Shown one piece after another: positions 9,499-19,147 of a stretch of DNA of 64,000 nt. This stretch comes from Hyphomicrobiales bacterium (GTDB taxonomy: Bacteria > Pseudomonadota > Alphaproteobacteria > Rhizobiales > Beijerinckiaceae), in contig JANXWK010000031.1 in assembly GCA_025351165.1 (NCBI GenBank), positions 3,198-67,197 on the forward strand, given 5' to 3'. Within the stretch, counting starts at the first letter, position 1; each line of letters begins with the position of its first letter. The notes beneath the pieces were generated by a model. That model was not told the origin of the DNA, ran no database searches, and was given only the letters and a program-made list of their open reading frames with translations. A program made the translations under genes and the position numbers.

Positions 9499-10274
9499 CT
9501 CCCACGTACATGCAGGCTTTCTGCAAGGTTTCCCCCATACATATGCTGCCCTAAATGTCCAAGGCGAGAGTCAAGATCAGCATAGACTTTGCCCCCCATA
9601 TCACGCCAACGACGGCAAAATGCATAGTCTTCAGACAGATAACGCCCTGAATCAGGATCAACCATACAATCAAAAAACAGCCAGTAATATCTGGCTTCAG
9701 GATTATTGGGTGGGCCGTCTGGCACATAATTAAGGTAAGGATATTTTTGCATCATACGATAAAAGACGCTGCGTTTGATGCACATGAACCCAGTGGGCGC
9801 CTCTGCAACTTCAATAAAATTATCGACTTCTGCAAACTCTGCAATGGGCCTTGATCCAAATCCAATAGGGTTGAATGGATAATTTGTATATTGGATTTCA
9901 AAAGCCTCTTTTGTCATGCCAGCTGGCAGGCCTTCGGCAGGCCAGTTCAAATTTTTGAGAGGATAAATTCCAGCGGCGATGTCGTGGTCTGAGAGTAAAA
10001 GCCTTATGGCTGCCTCTGGCGAAAAGGAAATATCTGAATCAATCCAGAATAAGTGAGTGAATTGCTCATTCATAAGAAAAAATTTTACAATTTCATTACG
10101 TGCCCGTGTAATCAGGCTTTCGCTCCGCATATGAACAGTGCTTTTGAGATTAAGCTCAATTGACCTGTGCGTGAGCTGAAAAAAACTTGTAACATAATTC
10201 ATGGAAACAGCTGAAATGTAGCAGGGTGTTGCCCATAAAACATTCATATTTTTCAAGGCGGAAACAGGAAGCAT
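9495..10274 (-). CDS. GT-A-fold glycosyltransferase-like protein
   Basis: 259 aa. It has the DxD-type motif WIDSDISF, then LLLSDHDIAAGIYP and a C-terminal SEDYAFCRRW...GHLG motif typical of small family-2-like glycosyltransferases. The start may be the internal M at 10247. Confidence 0.45.
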   Translation of the reverse strand: MLPVSALKNMNVLWATPCYISAVSMNYVTSFFQLTHRSIELNLKSTVHMRSESLITRARNEIVKFFLMNEQFTHLFWIDSDISFSPEAAIRLLLSDHDIAAGIYPLKNLNWPAEGLPAGMTKEAFEIQYTNYPFNPIGFGSRPIAEFAEVDNFIEVAEAPTGFMCIKRSVFYRMMQKYPYLNYVPDGPPNNPEARYYWLFFDCMVDPDSGRYLSEDYAFCRRWRDMGGKVYADLDSRLGHLGQHMYGGNLAESLHVRGR

Positions 10275-10294
10275 TACAGACTTTCAATTTAGAT

Positions 10295-10915
10295 TCACTG
10301 CCCATAATATGTTCCAGTAAAAACAACAATACAACCACTTGTTGCGGCTGGTGTTAGAATTGTGCGCTGTCCCTGTTGATTGGGCAGGTAGGTACGCACA
10401 TCACCCATCATTTGAGGCGCAGGTGCATTCTGCTTGGCAAGATTTGCAGCTATGGCTTCGCAGCTTAGTGCAGAAGACTGGATGCGTATATTGGAGCCAT
10501 CACAGCGCCCCTCTGAATTTGGGACTGCTGAAACCAGACCCAGCGCGTGAGGAGCTGTTTTATTGTTGTATTTCATGAAGCTTAGAGCTGAAAATGCCCG
10601 TTTATCAGGTGTATCCTTATTCCACGTGGAAATAGCTGCGCTATCACCGTCAACAGTCAGTCCGGTTAAATCCTTCAACAGGGGAATGCAAGTTTTGACA
10701 CCTGCTTTTTGTGCCTGATCTACACCTACAAGTTTCAAGTCAACTGTTTGGTTAACAGGTGCTGCAGCTTCTGTTTTTGGCGCAGCATTACCTGCTGGAG
10801 GCTGCTTGGGAGGATTTTTTTGCTGGGCAAGAAGGTGGCTCGCTGCAAAACCAAGCCCCCCTGTGCACAAAACAACAAGCGCATATTTATTAAAGCGGCT
10901 AAAAATTTTTATCAT
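10295..10915 (-). CDS. secreted hypothetical protein
   Basis: 206 aa with signal peptide MIKIFSRFNKYALVVLCTGGLGFAASHLLAQQ. I do not recognise a family. It lies immediately downstream of the adhesin gene. Confidence 0.5.
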   Translation of the reverse strand: MIKIFSRFNKYALVVLCTGGLGFAASHLLAQQKNPPKQPPAGNAAPKTEAAAPVNQTVDLKLVGVDQAQKAGVKTCIPLLKDLTGLTVDGDSAAISTWNKDTPDKRAFSALSFMKYNNKTAPHALGLVSAVPNSEGRCDGSNIRIQSSALSCEAIAANLAKQNAPAPQMMGDVRTYLPNQQGQRTILTPAATSGCIVVFTGTYYGQ

Positions 10916-10945
10916 GATGATCTGCCATTTTGAGTTCAGGTGTTA

Positions 10946-13900
10946 CTAGTTCCAAGTATATGTAGAAGACGCGCCGATTGTGACGCCAGATTTCTTTTCA
11001 GTTGGTGAAAAAGCTGCACCTGCGGAGAATTTCCATTTCTGGTTTTCAGAGGTTGCACCCACACCAAATGCCATTGCTGCTTGCCCCTTATGATAGCTGA
11101 CTGAGCCTGCAGTGGAAATTTTACCAGCCCTGTCGTCATAACGCAGCATTCCAACAGCAGCAGCGCCTGCAATCCCAGCATTGGCATATCTATCATTCAC
11201 CGCTACCTGCCTTTGCAGGACATTAACAGCCTGTGATGTGTAGGCGTTGAGATTATTAATTGACTGATTGGTTTGGTAAAGTTGCGACCCATTAATAACT
11301 TCATTAGATGTAGCGCTTACAAGGCCAGGCGCAACATTGGTCAAGGTTACAGGTACACCACCCCCTGCTGTATTGTTAAATACATATGTATTGGCAACTG
11401 GCGCTGCAAAATAACCAGATAACTGAGCAACATTGACTGCATCTGTCTGAGCTGTACCAGCCGCCACATTATGCAGGATAACAGGGCCAGATGTTGCCCC
11501 AACCAACGCAATATTATTGCTTGGTGTCATGGGTGTAGGTGTGCCGGATGCATTTGCGTATTGAACAGGTGCGCCGGTTTGCAAGGCAGTTACTGCTGCA
11601 CTTACTGAATTTTGTGGTGTTCCATGAACAGTATAGACTGGTGCTGAAATAGACCCAGTTGTTGGATTGTAGTTTGCTCCTCCACCAAGATTGGTGGCAG
11701 TTGAAGTTCCAAGGTTGGAGACTTGTGAGTTCAAAACAGTTGATGTAGTTGAAAGACCTGCAACCTGCGTACCAAGTGTATCAACTGCTGTATTTGTGGC
11801 ATAAAGCTGGGATCCATTAACTGCATCTGTTGACAGGGCATTTATCCGACCAGCTGCAAGATTGGTGATTGTACGCTCTGCACCAACTGTACCGATGCTT
11901 AAAGTGCTGACAGGTGCGTTGCCCGCAACAGCATAGCCAACTCCGTTTACAGTGTTGGTGAGTGTTGCAACTGCGGTAGATGTAGCCGACCCGGCTCCAA
12001 GCGCGATATCCCCTGCATTATTGGCAACAGCACCATTGCCCAGCGAAACAGAGTTCGTTCCTTGTGATAATGCAACAGGCCCCAAAGCGACAGAATTCAG
12101 TCCCGCAGCCGTTGAGCCGGCAAGAGAGGAATTTGTATTGAAATAGATACTCCCTGGACTTCCACCTGAGGCAAGAGCTGAAAGCGCGCTTATGGCCGAT
12201 CCAACACTCGTATAGTTTCCTCCCCCAACCACATAGGTAGGTATGGACAGATTACCTGTACCTACATTGTAAATCACCCCACCTGCCAACGCATTGGCAG
12301 TGGAGGTGCCAAGATTAAAACTCTGTGAACTTAATGTTGCTGTTGCTGTATTCAAGGATGCTATCTGGGTAGTTTGAGTGCCAACAAGAGTGTTGGTTGC
12401 AAAAAGCTGGGCGCCATTTACGGCATCATTTGACACACTGCTGAGCGCAGCAGGAGCCAGATTTGAAAGTGTGACTGCTGTGCCAGGGGCTGCACCCACA
12501 AGTGTTAGATTCTGTGTTGGCGTACCACCATTTGGCGTTGTCGGCGATCCAGCATTTGCATATTGCACAGTTCCTGCACCTCCTGCATCAATGGCGGCCA
12601 ATGCAGACCCTACATCATTATAAATTGTGCCACGCAGGACATAGGCTGGCATGGCGATTGTGCCAGCCGCTGCATTGTAGCTTGCACCTCCGCCAAGTGC
12701 GGCGGCTGTTGAACTTCCCGTACTATTGCCCTTGATATTTAATGCAGCTACTGAATTATTTGTTGCAAAAAGCTGTGAGCCATTGACGGCATCGCTTGAA
12801 CCAGCATTGAGCGCAGCAGGAGCAACCCCTGTTACCCCACGATCTCCACTTGAACCTGCCACATTTACCGATGTGCCACCAGAACTTGCGCCTACAGTTA
12901 TTGTAGATACAGGAGTAGCCTGTTGCACAATCCCCGATGTACCAGCAGTTAAGCCTGAAATACTGGTATTCAGGCTCGTTATGTTGCTATCAACCGCGCT
13001 GAAAGCCGTTCCTGCATTACTGTAGCTTGAGCCCTGAATTGTATAGCTTGGCGCAGAGATCACTCCCGTGCCTGCATTATAGGCCGCTCCACCGCCAAGA
13101 TTTGAGGCTGCTGATGTGCCAAGGTTTGAAACCTGTGTATTGAGCGTTGTCACATTTGTGCCAAGTCCCGTGACTGTTGCCCCTAGCGTTCCCAAAGCAG
13201 TATTGGTTGCAAACAGCTGTGAGCCATTGATGGCATCGGTACTGGTGCCACTCAACCGTCCTGCGGCCACATTGGTCAGCGTGCGCTCACTGCCGACTGC
13301 GCCAATGCTCACGGTGCTTGTGGGAGCAGCACCAGCAAAATTATACGTTGTGCCATTAATGACAGTGCTGGGCGTTGCAGCAGTCGCAGCTGTTGTTGAA
13401 TTATAGCCAAGCGCTACATCACCAATATTGGTTGCAGTGGCGCTGTAGCCTAAGGCTGTCGTTTGATCGGCAAGGGCATTGCTGTAAGAGCCATAGGCTG
13501 TTGCTGTTGTGCCAACAGCATTTGAATAAACGCCTGTGGCTGTTGCATAAAGCCCATTTGCAAGAGCGTTGCTACCAGTTGCAGTTGCAAAAGTACCATT
13601 GGCATTGGCGTTAGCGCCAGTTGATGTGGCAAGCACACCAATTGCAACCGATCCAGAACCCAAGGATGTTGCTGTTGTGCCAACAGCACTTGAGTTGACT
13701 CCCAAAGCTGTGGCAGCACCGCCATTTGCCGTTGCACTGGTACCTATGGCAGTAGCATTGGCGCCGCTGGCCATGGAAGTGGCACCAAAAGCAGAGGCGC
13801 CAACTCCATTGGCATTTGATCCATAGCCTTCTGCAGTGGCAAACGTGCCATTCCCAATAGCAAAATATCCTGTTGCCGTTGCTGAAATGCCATTAGCTAT

Positions 13901-16900
13901 GGAGTTTGCACCAGTTGCAGTTGCATAGTCACCATCTGCCTTGGCACCGTATCCTAAAACAGTTGCATTGGCACCGTTCGCCAAAGAATTTGTACCAGTA
14001 GCTGTGGCACTAGCCCCAAGAGCCTGCGCAAAATTCCCTGTTGCCGTTGCTGAGATGCCATTTGCCTGAGCCGCCTCACCAATGGCAGTTGCATAATCTC
14101 CGTTGGCAACAGAGGCCACACCAAGGGTAGTGGCATTAATCCCGGTTGCATTGGCTGCGTTACCTACAGCAGTTGTATTTATACCAACAGCTTTTGCATT
14201 ATAACTAATGGCCGTTGCAGAAGCACCATTGGCAAATGCATTTACGCCAAGGGCTGTAGCAAGTGGACCATTCGTCACAGCATTATAACCATAAGCTGTT
14301 GTTGCGTTTCCATTGGCTACTGCTAAAACCCCTGTGGCAGTTGCAAATGTTCCATTGGCAATAGAACTAGTACCTAGAGCTGTTGCGGCAGACCCATTAA
14401 CATTTGCTCCCACACCAATAGCTGTTGCATTCGCGCCATTGGCAATAGAATTTGAGCCAAGCGCTGTTGTATTTGTGCCTGTAGCATTGGCATTGAGGCC
14501 AAATGCCGTTGCAACACTACCATTGGCGATAGTGTTCGCACCGATTGCGACTGTCCTTCCTGAAAAGGCAGACGCATTATGCCCAATAGCAACACTATCA
14601 GTTGTTGCTGCAACAGCCTGTGGTCCAATGGCCACGCTGTCCGCTCCGCTCGCGCTGGAATCAGCCAGGACGGAATTCACATGAAAATATTTGGATGAAG
14701 CCGCACCTGTTGAAAGAGCTGTAATAGCTGAGCCTACATCTGTGTAAGACGTGCTGCCAACTGTATAACTTGGAGCCGATACAGCCCCTGTACCTGCATT
14801 GTAGCTGGCACCTCCACCCAAAGCACTGGCGGTGGATGTGCCCAGATTACCAGCCTGCGTTCCCAATATTCCCACAGCCGTATTCGTTGCAAACAGTTGT
14901 GAGCCATTGATGGCATCTGTACTGGTGCCACTCAACCGTCCTGCGGCCACATTGGTCAGCGTGCGCTCACTGCCGATTGTGCCAATGCTCACGGTGCTTG
15001 TGGGAGCAGCACCAGCAAAATTATACGTTGTGCCATTGATGACTGTGCTGGCTGTGGCAACACTTGCTGCAACGCTTGTATTATCGCCAATGCCAACCGA
15101 GCCATCAAGCCCTGCCCCAATGGTAATGTTGTTTCCCAAAGCAAATGCATTATTGGCATTAACTGTATTGTTGTTACCAAAAGCATAGCTGTTGGCACCG
15201 GTTACAATATTTGGATCACCAAATGCCCCGGAATTATTGCCAGAAACATTGTTTTGGTAACCAACAGCAATGGATTGGTTACCAGAAGCAGTGGATTGGG
15301 GTCCAATTGCCACGCTGTTTAAACCACTGGCGCTTGAATCAGCCACAACAGAATTAACATTTAAATATTTGGAGGAGGCTGCACCAGTGGCAAGAGCGGA
15401 TAAAGCTGTATCTACACTGTTGTAAGTGCTTCCCTTGAGCACGTAACTTGGTGCAGAGATGGCCCCTGTTGTAGAATTATAGGTGGAGCCTGCTCCAAAC
15501 AGCGCTGCTGCAGCAGTGCCAGAAGTGATAGTTTTAGTGTCAACTGTGCCAATAGATGTGTTTGTGGCAAAAAGCTGTGAGCCATTGACTGCATCTGTGC
15601 TCGTACCGCTGAGTTGCCCTGCTGCAAGATTGGTAAGGGTGCGCTCATTGCCAGTAGAGCCTATGCTCACGGTGCTTGTGGGAGCAGCACCAGCGAAATT
15701 ATACGTTGTGCCATTAATGACAGTGCTGGACGTTGCAGTAGTCGCAGCTGTTGTTGAGTTATAGCCAAGCGCTACATCACCAATATTGGTTGCAGTGGCG
15801 CCGTAGCCTAGAGCTGTCGTTTGATCAGCGTAGGCATTGCTATACGAGCCATATGAAGAGGCAGTGGTACCTATGGCATTGGCACGATATCCCATACCTA
15901 CAGCTAAACTACCATTTACGGTGGAATTGACACCTACTGCTATCGCATTGTTGCCATTAGCAACCACGTTATATCCCATTGCAATGGCAGCAAACCCATT
16001 GGCAACAGCTATCGTCCCGATTGCAGTTGCATAATCGCCGTTAGCAACAGAGTAGCTTCCCGTTGCTGTAGCATTGGCACCATTTCCATTTGCCCCATAA
16101 CCAATTGCTGTAGAATTTAGACCATTTGCAGTAGAATCACTTCCTAATGTAGTTGCGAAAATGCCATTAGCATTCGAACGTCCGCCTAAAGCTGTTGCAT
16201 AATCTCCATTCGCATTGGCACGCGAACCAGAGGCTGTCGCGTAAAAACCTGTAGCGTTAGAAAAAGCACCCGTCGCAGTTGCTACATCACCATTGGCATT
16301 TGCATGAGCCCCAGTTGCTGTTGCATGAAATCCATTAGAATGCGTATCATAACCTAAGGAAGTTGAGTGTACTCCAGTTGCAATAGAGTTGGCTCCTACT
16401 GCTATTGCACCATCACCGTTTGCCTGCGCCCCAAAGCCCTCAGCCGTTGCACTAATGCCCATAGCATTAGCCCCGCCACCTATAGCTGTAGCATAGTCGC
16501 CAATAGCATTTGCACTAACGCCTAATGAGGTTGCATAAAGCCCATTAGATTTTGCAAATGCGCCTATTGCAGTTGTATTTACACCACTAGCTTGTGTACT
16601 AAACCCTACAGCTGTGGAATTTGTGCCAGTGGCATTTGCTCCACCGCCTGTTGCTGTTGAATAGTCACCAATAGCATTTGCACTAACACCTAACGAAGTC
16701 GCATATAACCCTTCAGATTTACTGGCCACACCTGTTGCTGTTGCATTTGTACCGTTAGCAAATGATGAACTACCCATTGCAGTAGCATTGCCTCCATCGG
16801 CACTGGAATTATAACCCATGGCAGTGGCTGCAGCACCATTTGCAGTTGCATATTCTCCTACGCCTAATGCTTGTGCGCCTATAGCTATTGAAGCATGACC

Positions 16901-17377
16901 AAACGCCTGCGCTGTTAAGCCTGTTGCAGATGAATATCTACCGATGGCTGAAGCATAATCACCATTTGCATAAGCATAAGCGCCAAGTGCTGTCGCAGAA
17001 AATCCATTTGCAACGGCATTATATCCGCCAGCCGTTGCAGCGTCATTAAGGTTTTGATGAGTTGTTGCAAATTCTCCATTGGGGCCAGCAGATACAGCCT
17101 GCGCCAAAACTTCGCTTGGCACCAAAATACCCATGGCCGCCAGCAATGCGCCAATCGCTGCACCATCTAACCGACCAAGCCTGCTGGGGCGTCCCATAAA
17201 TATTACAAGGCAGGCAAGTCGCAAAATCGCCATGGCACGCCGCTGTGCATTCCAGCTTTTTACAGGATGCCAACTTTCTAGAGAGCGCAAGTTTTGTGTG
17301 CGACGATTCGTCTCCCTAAAACAGGTTGAATCATCGTGCTGACAATCAGCAGATATGGCTGTTAAACGATTTTTCAA
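10946..17377 (-). CDS. trimeric autotransporter adhesin (YadA/BadA/Vomp-like), 2143 aa
   Basis: It has long arrays of Hep_Hag-type head repeats (xATAxGxxAxAxGxxSxAxG) and repeated neck/stalk modules (TVSIGxxGxERTLTNVAAGRLSGTSTDAINGSQLFATNT). The C-terminal YadA-type beta-barrel anchor reads ...NDRYANAGIAGAAAVGMLRYDD...GASSTYTWN. The N-terminal signal region is extended, and the TTG start at 17377 is uncertain. Confidence 0.9.
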   Translation of the reverse strand: MKNRLTAISADCQHDDSTCFRETNRRTQNLRSLESWHPVKSWNAQRRAMAILRLACLVIFMGRPSRLGRLDGAAIGALLAAMGILVPSEVLAQAVSAGPNGEFATTHQNLNDAATAGGYNAVANGFSATALGAYAYANGDYASAIGRYSSATGLTAQAFGHASIAIGAQALGVGEYATANGAAATAMGYNSSADGGNATAMGSSSFANGTNATATGVASKSEGLYATSLGVSANAIGDYSTATGGGANATGTNSTAVGFSTQASGVNTTAIGAFAKSNGLYATSLGVSANAIGDYATAIGGGANAMGISATAEGFGAQANGDGAIAVGANSIATGVHSTSLGYDTHSNGFHATATGAHANANGDVATATGAFSNATGFYATASGSRANANGDYATALGGRSNANGIFATTLGSDSTANGLNSTAIGYGANGNGANATATGSYSVANGDYATAIGTIAVANGFAAIAMGYNVVANGNNAIAVGVNSTVNGSLAVGMGYRANAIGTTASSYGSYSNAYADQTTALGYGATATNIGDVALGYNSTTAATTATSSTVINGTTYNFAGAAPTSTVSIGSTGNERTLTNLAAGQLSGTSTDAVNGSQLFATNTSIGTVDTKTITSGTAAAALFGAGSTYNSTTGAISAPSYVLKGSTYNSVDTALSALATGAASSKYLNVNSVVADSSASGLNSVAIGPQSTASGNQSIAVGYQNNVSGNNSGAFGDPNIVTGANSYAFGNNNTVNANNAFALGNNITIGAGLDGSVGIGDNTSVAASVATASTVINGTTYNFAGAAPTSTVSIGTIGSERTLTNVAAGRLSGTSTDAINGSQLFATNTAVGILGTQAGNLGTSTASALGGGASYNAGTGAVSAPSYTVGSTSYTDVGSAITALSTGAASSKYFHVNSVLADSSASGADSVAIGPQAVAATTDSVAIGHNASAFSGRTVAIGANTIANGSVATAFGLNANATGTNTTALGSNSIANGANATAIGVGANVNGSAATALGTSSIANGTFATATGVLAVANGNATTAYGYNAVTNGPLATALGVNAFANGASATAISYNAKAVGINTTAVGNAANATGINATTLGVASVANGDYATAIGEAAQANGISATATGNFAQALGASATATGTNSLANGANATVLGYGAKADGDYATATGANSIANGISATATGYFAIGNGTFATAEGYGSNANGVGASAFGATSMASGANATAIGTSATANGGAATALGVNSSAVGTTATSLGSGSVAIGVLATSTGANANANGTFATATGSNALANGLYATATGVYSNAVGTTATAYGSYSNALADQTTALGYSATATNIGDVALGYNSTTAATAATPSTVINGTTYNFAGAAPTSTVSIGAVGSERTLTNVAAGRLSGTSTDAINGSQLFATNTALGTLGATVTGLGTNVTTLNTQVSNLGTSAASNLGGGAAYNAGTGVISAPSYTIQGSSYSNAGTAFSAVDSNITSLNTSISGLTAGTSGIVQQATPVSTITVGASSGGTSVNVAGSSGDRGVTGVAPAALNAGSSDAVNGSQLFATNNSVAALNIKGNSTGSSTAAALGGGASYNAAAGTIAMPAYVLRGTIYNDVGSALAAIDAGGAGTVQYANAGSPTTPNGGTPTQNLTLVGAAPGTAVTLSNLAPAALSSVSNDAVNGAQLFATNTLVGTQTTQIASLNTATATLSSQSFNLGTSTANALAGGVIYNVGTGNLSIPTYVVGGGNYTSVGSAISALSALASGGSPGSIYFNTNSSLAGSTAAGLNSVALGPVALSQGTNSVSLGNGAVANNAGDIALGAGSATSTAVATLTNTVNGVGYAVAGNAPVSTLSIGTVGAERTITNLAAGRINALSTDAVNGSQLYATNTAVDTLGTQVAGLSTTSTVLNSQVSNLGTSTATNLGGGANYNPTTGSISAPVYTVHGTPQNSVSAAVTALQTGAPVQYANASGTPTPMTPSNNIALVGATSGPVILHNVAAGTAQTDAVNVAQLSGYFAAPVANTYVFNNTAGGGVPVTLTNVAPGLVSATSNEVINGSQLYQTNQSINNLNAYTSQAVNVLQRQVAVNDRYANAGIAGAAAVGMLRYDDRAGKISTAGSVSYHKGQAAMAFGVGATSENQKWKFSAGAAFSPTEKKSGVTIGASSTYTWN
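13201..13495. repeat. intragenic long direct repeat, copy 1 (inside the adhesin gene)
   Basis: 13201-13365 is near-identical to 14881-15045 (offset 1680 bp). 13305-13495 is near-identical to 15663-15853 (offset 2358 bp). Aligned by eye, with only scattered substitutions. Confidence 0.85.
14881..15050. repeat. intragenic long direct repeat, copy 2
   Basis: It shares ...ctcaaccgtcctgcggccacattggtcagcgtgcgctcactgccga..gccaatgctcacggtgcttgtgggagcagcaccagcaaaattatacgttgtgccatt... with copy 1. Confidence 0.85.
15663..15853. repeat. intragenic long direct repeat, copy 3
   Basis: It shares atgctcacggtgcttgtgggagcagcaccagc.aaattatacgttgtgccattaatgacagtgctgg.cgttgcag.agtcgcagctgttgttga.ttatagccaagcgctacatcaccaatattggttgcagtggcgc with copy 1. 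Confidence 0.85.
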
Positions 17378-17535
17378 CCCAAATACCTCGAATACGCCTG
17401 TTTTGATGCCTCATAATCAAAAACAATAGACAAATCATGGTAACTAAAGTGTTAATATTTTTTGGGCCAGTTTACAAAATTGACCATAAAATAACAGATA
17501 GTTATTTATTTTCAATAAGCTAAAGGTATAGGAGT

Positions 17536-18255
17536 TTATTTTGGCTGGACCTTCAAAAACTGTGTCGCGCCCAAAACCTTACCTGGCTTACCTAACGAAC
17601 CTGATTGCAGCATAATTATGAACCTGTCTGCACCAGAACCATCATCCTGAACTGTTGGCAGGTCAATATATGTCTCATCTCCGGCCCAGTCGCCAAATTT
17701 TATCATGCTGAGGGCAATATTCGTGTAAGTTATACTGCGCCCGTGGTTTTCGCCTTTGCTGATGGCAACCGTTTTTGAACTGATGACCGGTACCAGAATC
17801 AGTTCTCCAGCCTCTCCAGCAAGGGCTGGAACCTTTACCTTGTGACCATTTCGGGCCTGAACAATCTCAAGAGCAACCAGAGAGCTGCCTTTTACAATTT
17901 TACTTTCAATGGCTTTGCGCTCAGATCCGACAGCATGGGACATACCATTTATAACGACCTGCGGCGTGTAAACCTGATTATCACCTCTTTTTGCGCCATA
18001 TGCACGCTGGCGTTCGGTAAATTCATGCCGCGCCAATGTATCTTTCCAGCCAAGATAATCCCAGTAATCAACTGCATAAGACAGAACGACAAGCTTTGGA
18101 TCAGTTGCAAATTCTGCCGCAAGTTTGTCAGCTGGTGGGCAGGAGGAACAGCCTTGGCTCGTAAACAGCTCAATAACAGCTTTTGGAGGGTCAGCTGCAT
18201 GGGCAAATGCGCTGTACACATTTAAAGATAAAATTAAAGAACAGATGAATTTCAT
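17536..18255 (-). CDS. DUF1223-family secreted thioredoxin-fold protein
   Basis: 239 aa with a signal peptide. The motif VIELFTSQGCSSCPPAD followed by AVDYWDYLGWKD is diagnostic of DUF1223. Confidence 0.8.
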   Translation of the reverse strand: MKFICSLILSLNVYSAFAHAADPPKAVIELFTSQGCSSCPPADKLAAEFATDPKLVVLSYAVDYWDYLGWKDTLARHEFTERQRAYGAKRGDNQVYTPQVVINGMSHAVGSERKAIESKIVKGSSLVALEIVQARNGHKVKVPALAGEAGELILVPVISSKTVAISKGENHGRSITYTNIALSMIKFGDWAGDETYIDLPTVQDDGSGADRFIIMLQSGSLGKPGKVLGATQFLKVQPK

Positions 18256-18346
18256 GAAATTATATCACTGTAGCTATGTTCAAAGTCTGGTTTTCCTATG
18301 CAAACTAGACTTGAATGAAACCTGGCACTACTCACAATGCTGTGAA

Positions 18347-19147
18347 TTACACATCATATGTAACAGTTAAAGGCACATGGTCAGACGGACGCTCCCAGCT
18401 TCGCGCCTCTTTTAGAATGTGATAGCTTTTGAGCGCAGGCGATAAATCTGCTGAATGCCAAATATGATCCAGCCGTCGTCCCTTGTTGGACGCTGCCCAG
18501 TCAGCAGCGCGGTAACTCCACCATGTATAGACCTTTGTAGGTTCTGGTTCCAGCATTCGCACGCCATCATGCCAGTTGCCACTCTCGCGGATTGCATTGA
18601 GTATGCCAGTTTCAATTGGCGTATGGCTAACCACATCAAGTAGCTGTTTGTGGCTCCAGACATCATGCTCAAAAGGCGCGATATTTAGATCTCCCACCAT
18701 GATTTCTGCGCGGCGCATGGCTTGGCCTTCAACCGAATTTTGTTGCATCTGGGCTAAAAATGCCAGTTTATGGGCAAATTTTACATTAAGCTCAGGATCA
18801 GCAATTTCACCTCCAGCTGGCACATAATAATTATGGATTGTAATGCCATAGGCGCTCAACCGAACCGAGATATGTCGGCAGTCTGGCTTGGCACAATAAT
18901 CAATTGCATGGCTGTTTTCAAAAGGTTTGCGCGAAATAATGGCTACGCCATTGTAGCCTTTTTGCCCTTTTATGGCAATATGGGGATACCCAATCTTGCG
19001 AAACTCACCAAGAGGAAACTGCGCATCTGGACATTTTGTTTCCTGTAGACAAAGCACATCAGGCGCATAATCTTTTAAAAACTGTGTAACCAAACCAATA
19101 CGAAGACGAACAGAGTTGATGTTCCAGGTTGTGACAGACAGGGTCAA
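18347..19147 (-). CDS. xthA: exodeoxyribonuclease III
   Basis: 266 aa. TWNINSVR...LCLQETK...GDLNIAP...DH is the EEP-family AP endonuclease signature. Confidence 0.9.
   Translation of the reverse strand: MTLSVTTWNINSVRLRIGLVTQFLKDYAPDVLCLQETKCPDAQFPLGEFRKIGYPHIAIKGQKGYNGVAIISRKPFENSHAIDYCAKPDCRHISVRLSAYGITIHNYYVPAGGEIADPELNVKFAHKLAFLAQMQQNSVEGQAMRRAEIMVGDLNIAPFEHDVWSHKQLLDVVSHTPIETGILNAIRESGNWHDGVRMLEPEPTKVYTWWSYRAADWAASNKGRRLDHIWHSADLSPALKSYHILKEARSWERPSDHVPLTVTYDV

Noticed and set aside
11952-17342. About 25 ORFs of 60-125 aa on both strands inside the adhesin gene (for example 12726..13025+, 14313..14684+, 13450..13737-).
   Set aside because: They lie wholly within the 2143-aa adhesin ORF. 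Their products are low-complexity mirror translations (Ala/Pro/Val- or Gln/Leu-rich) of the GCN-rich repeat DNA, which naturally lacks stops in other frames. There is no independent coding evidence.
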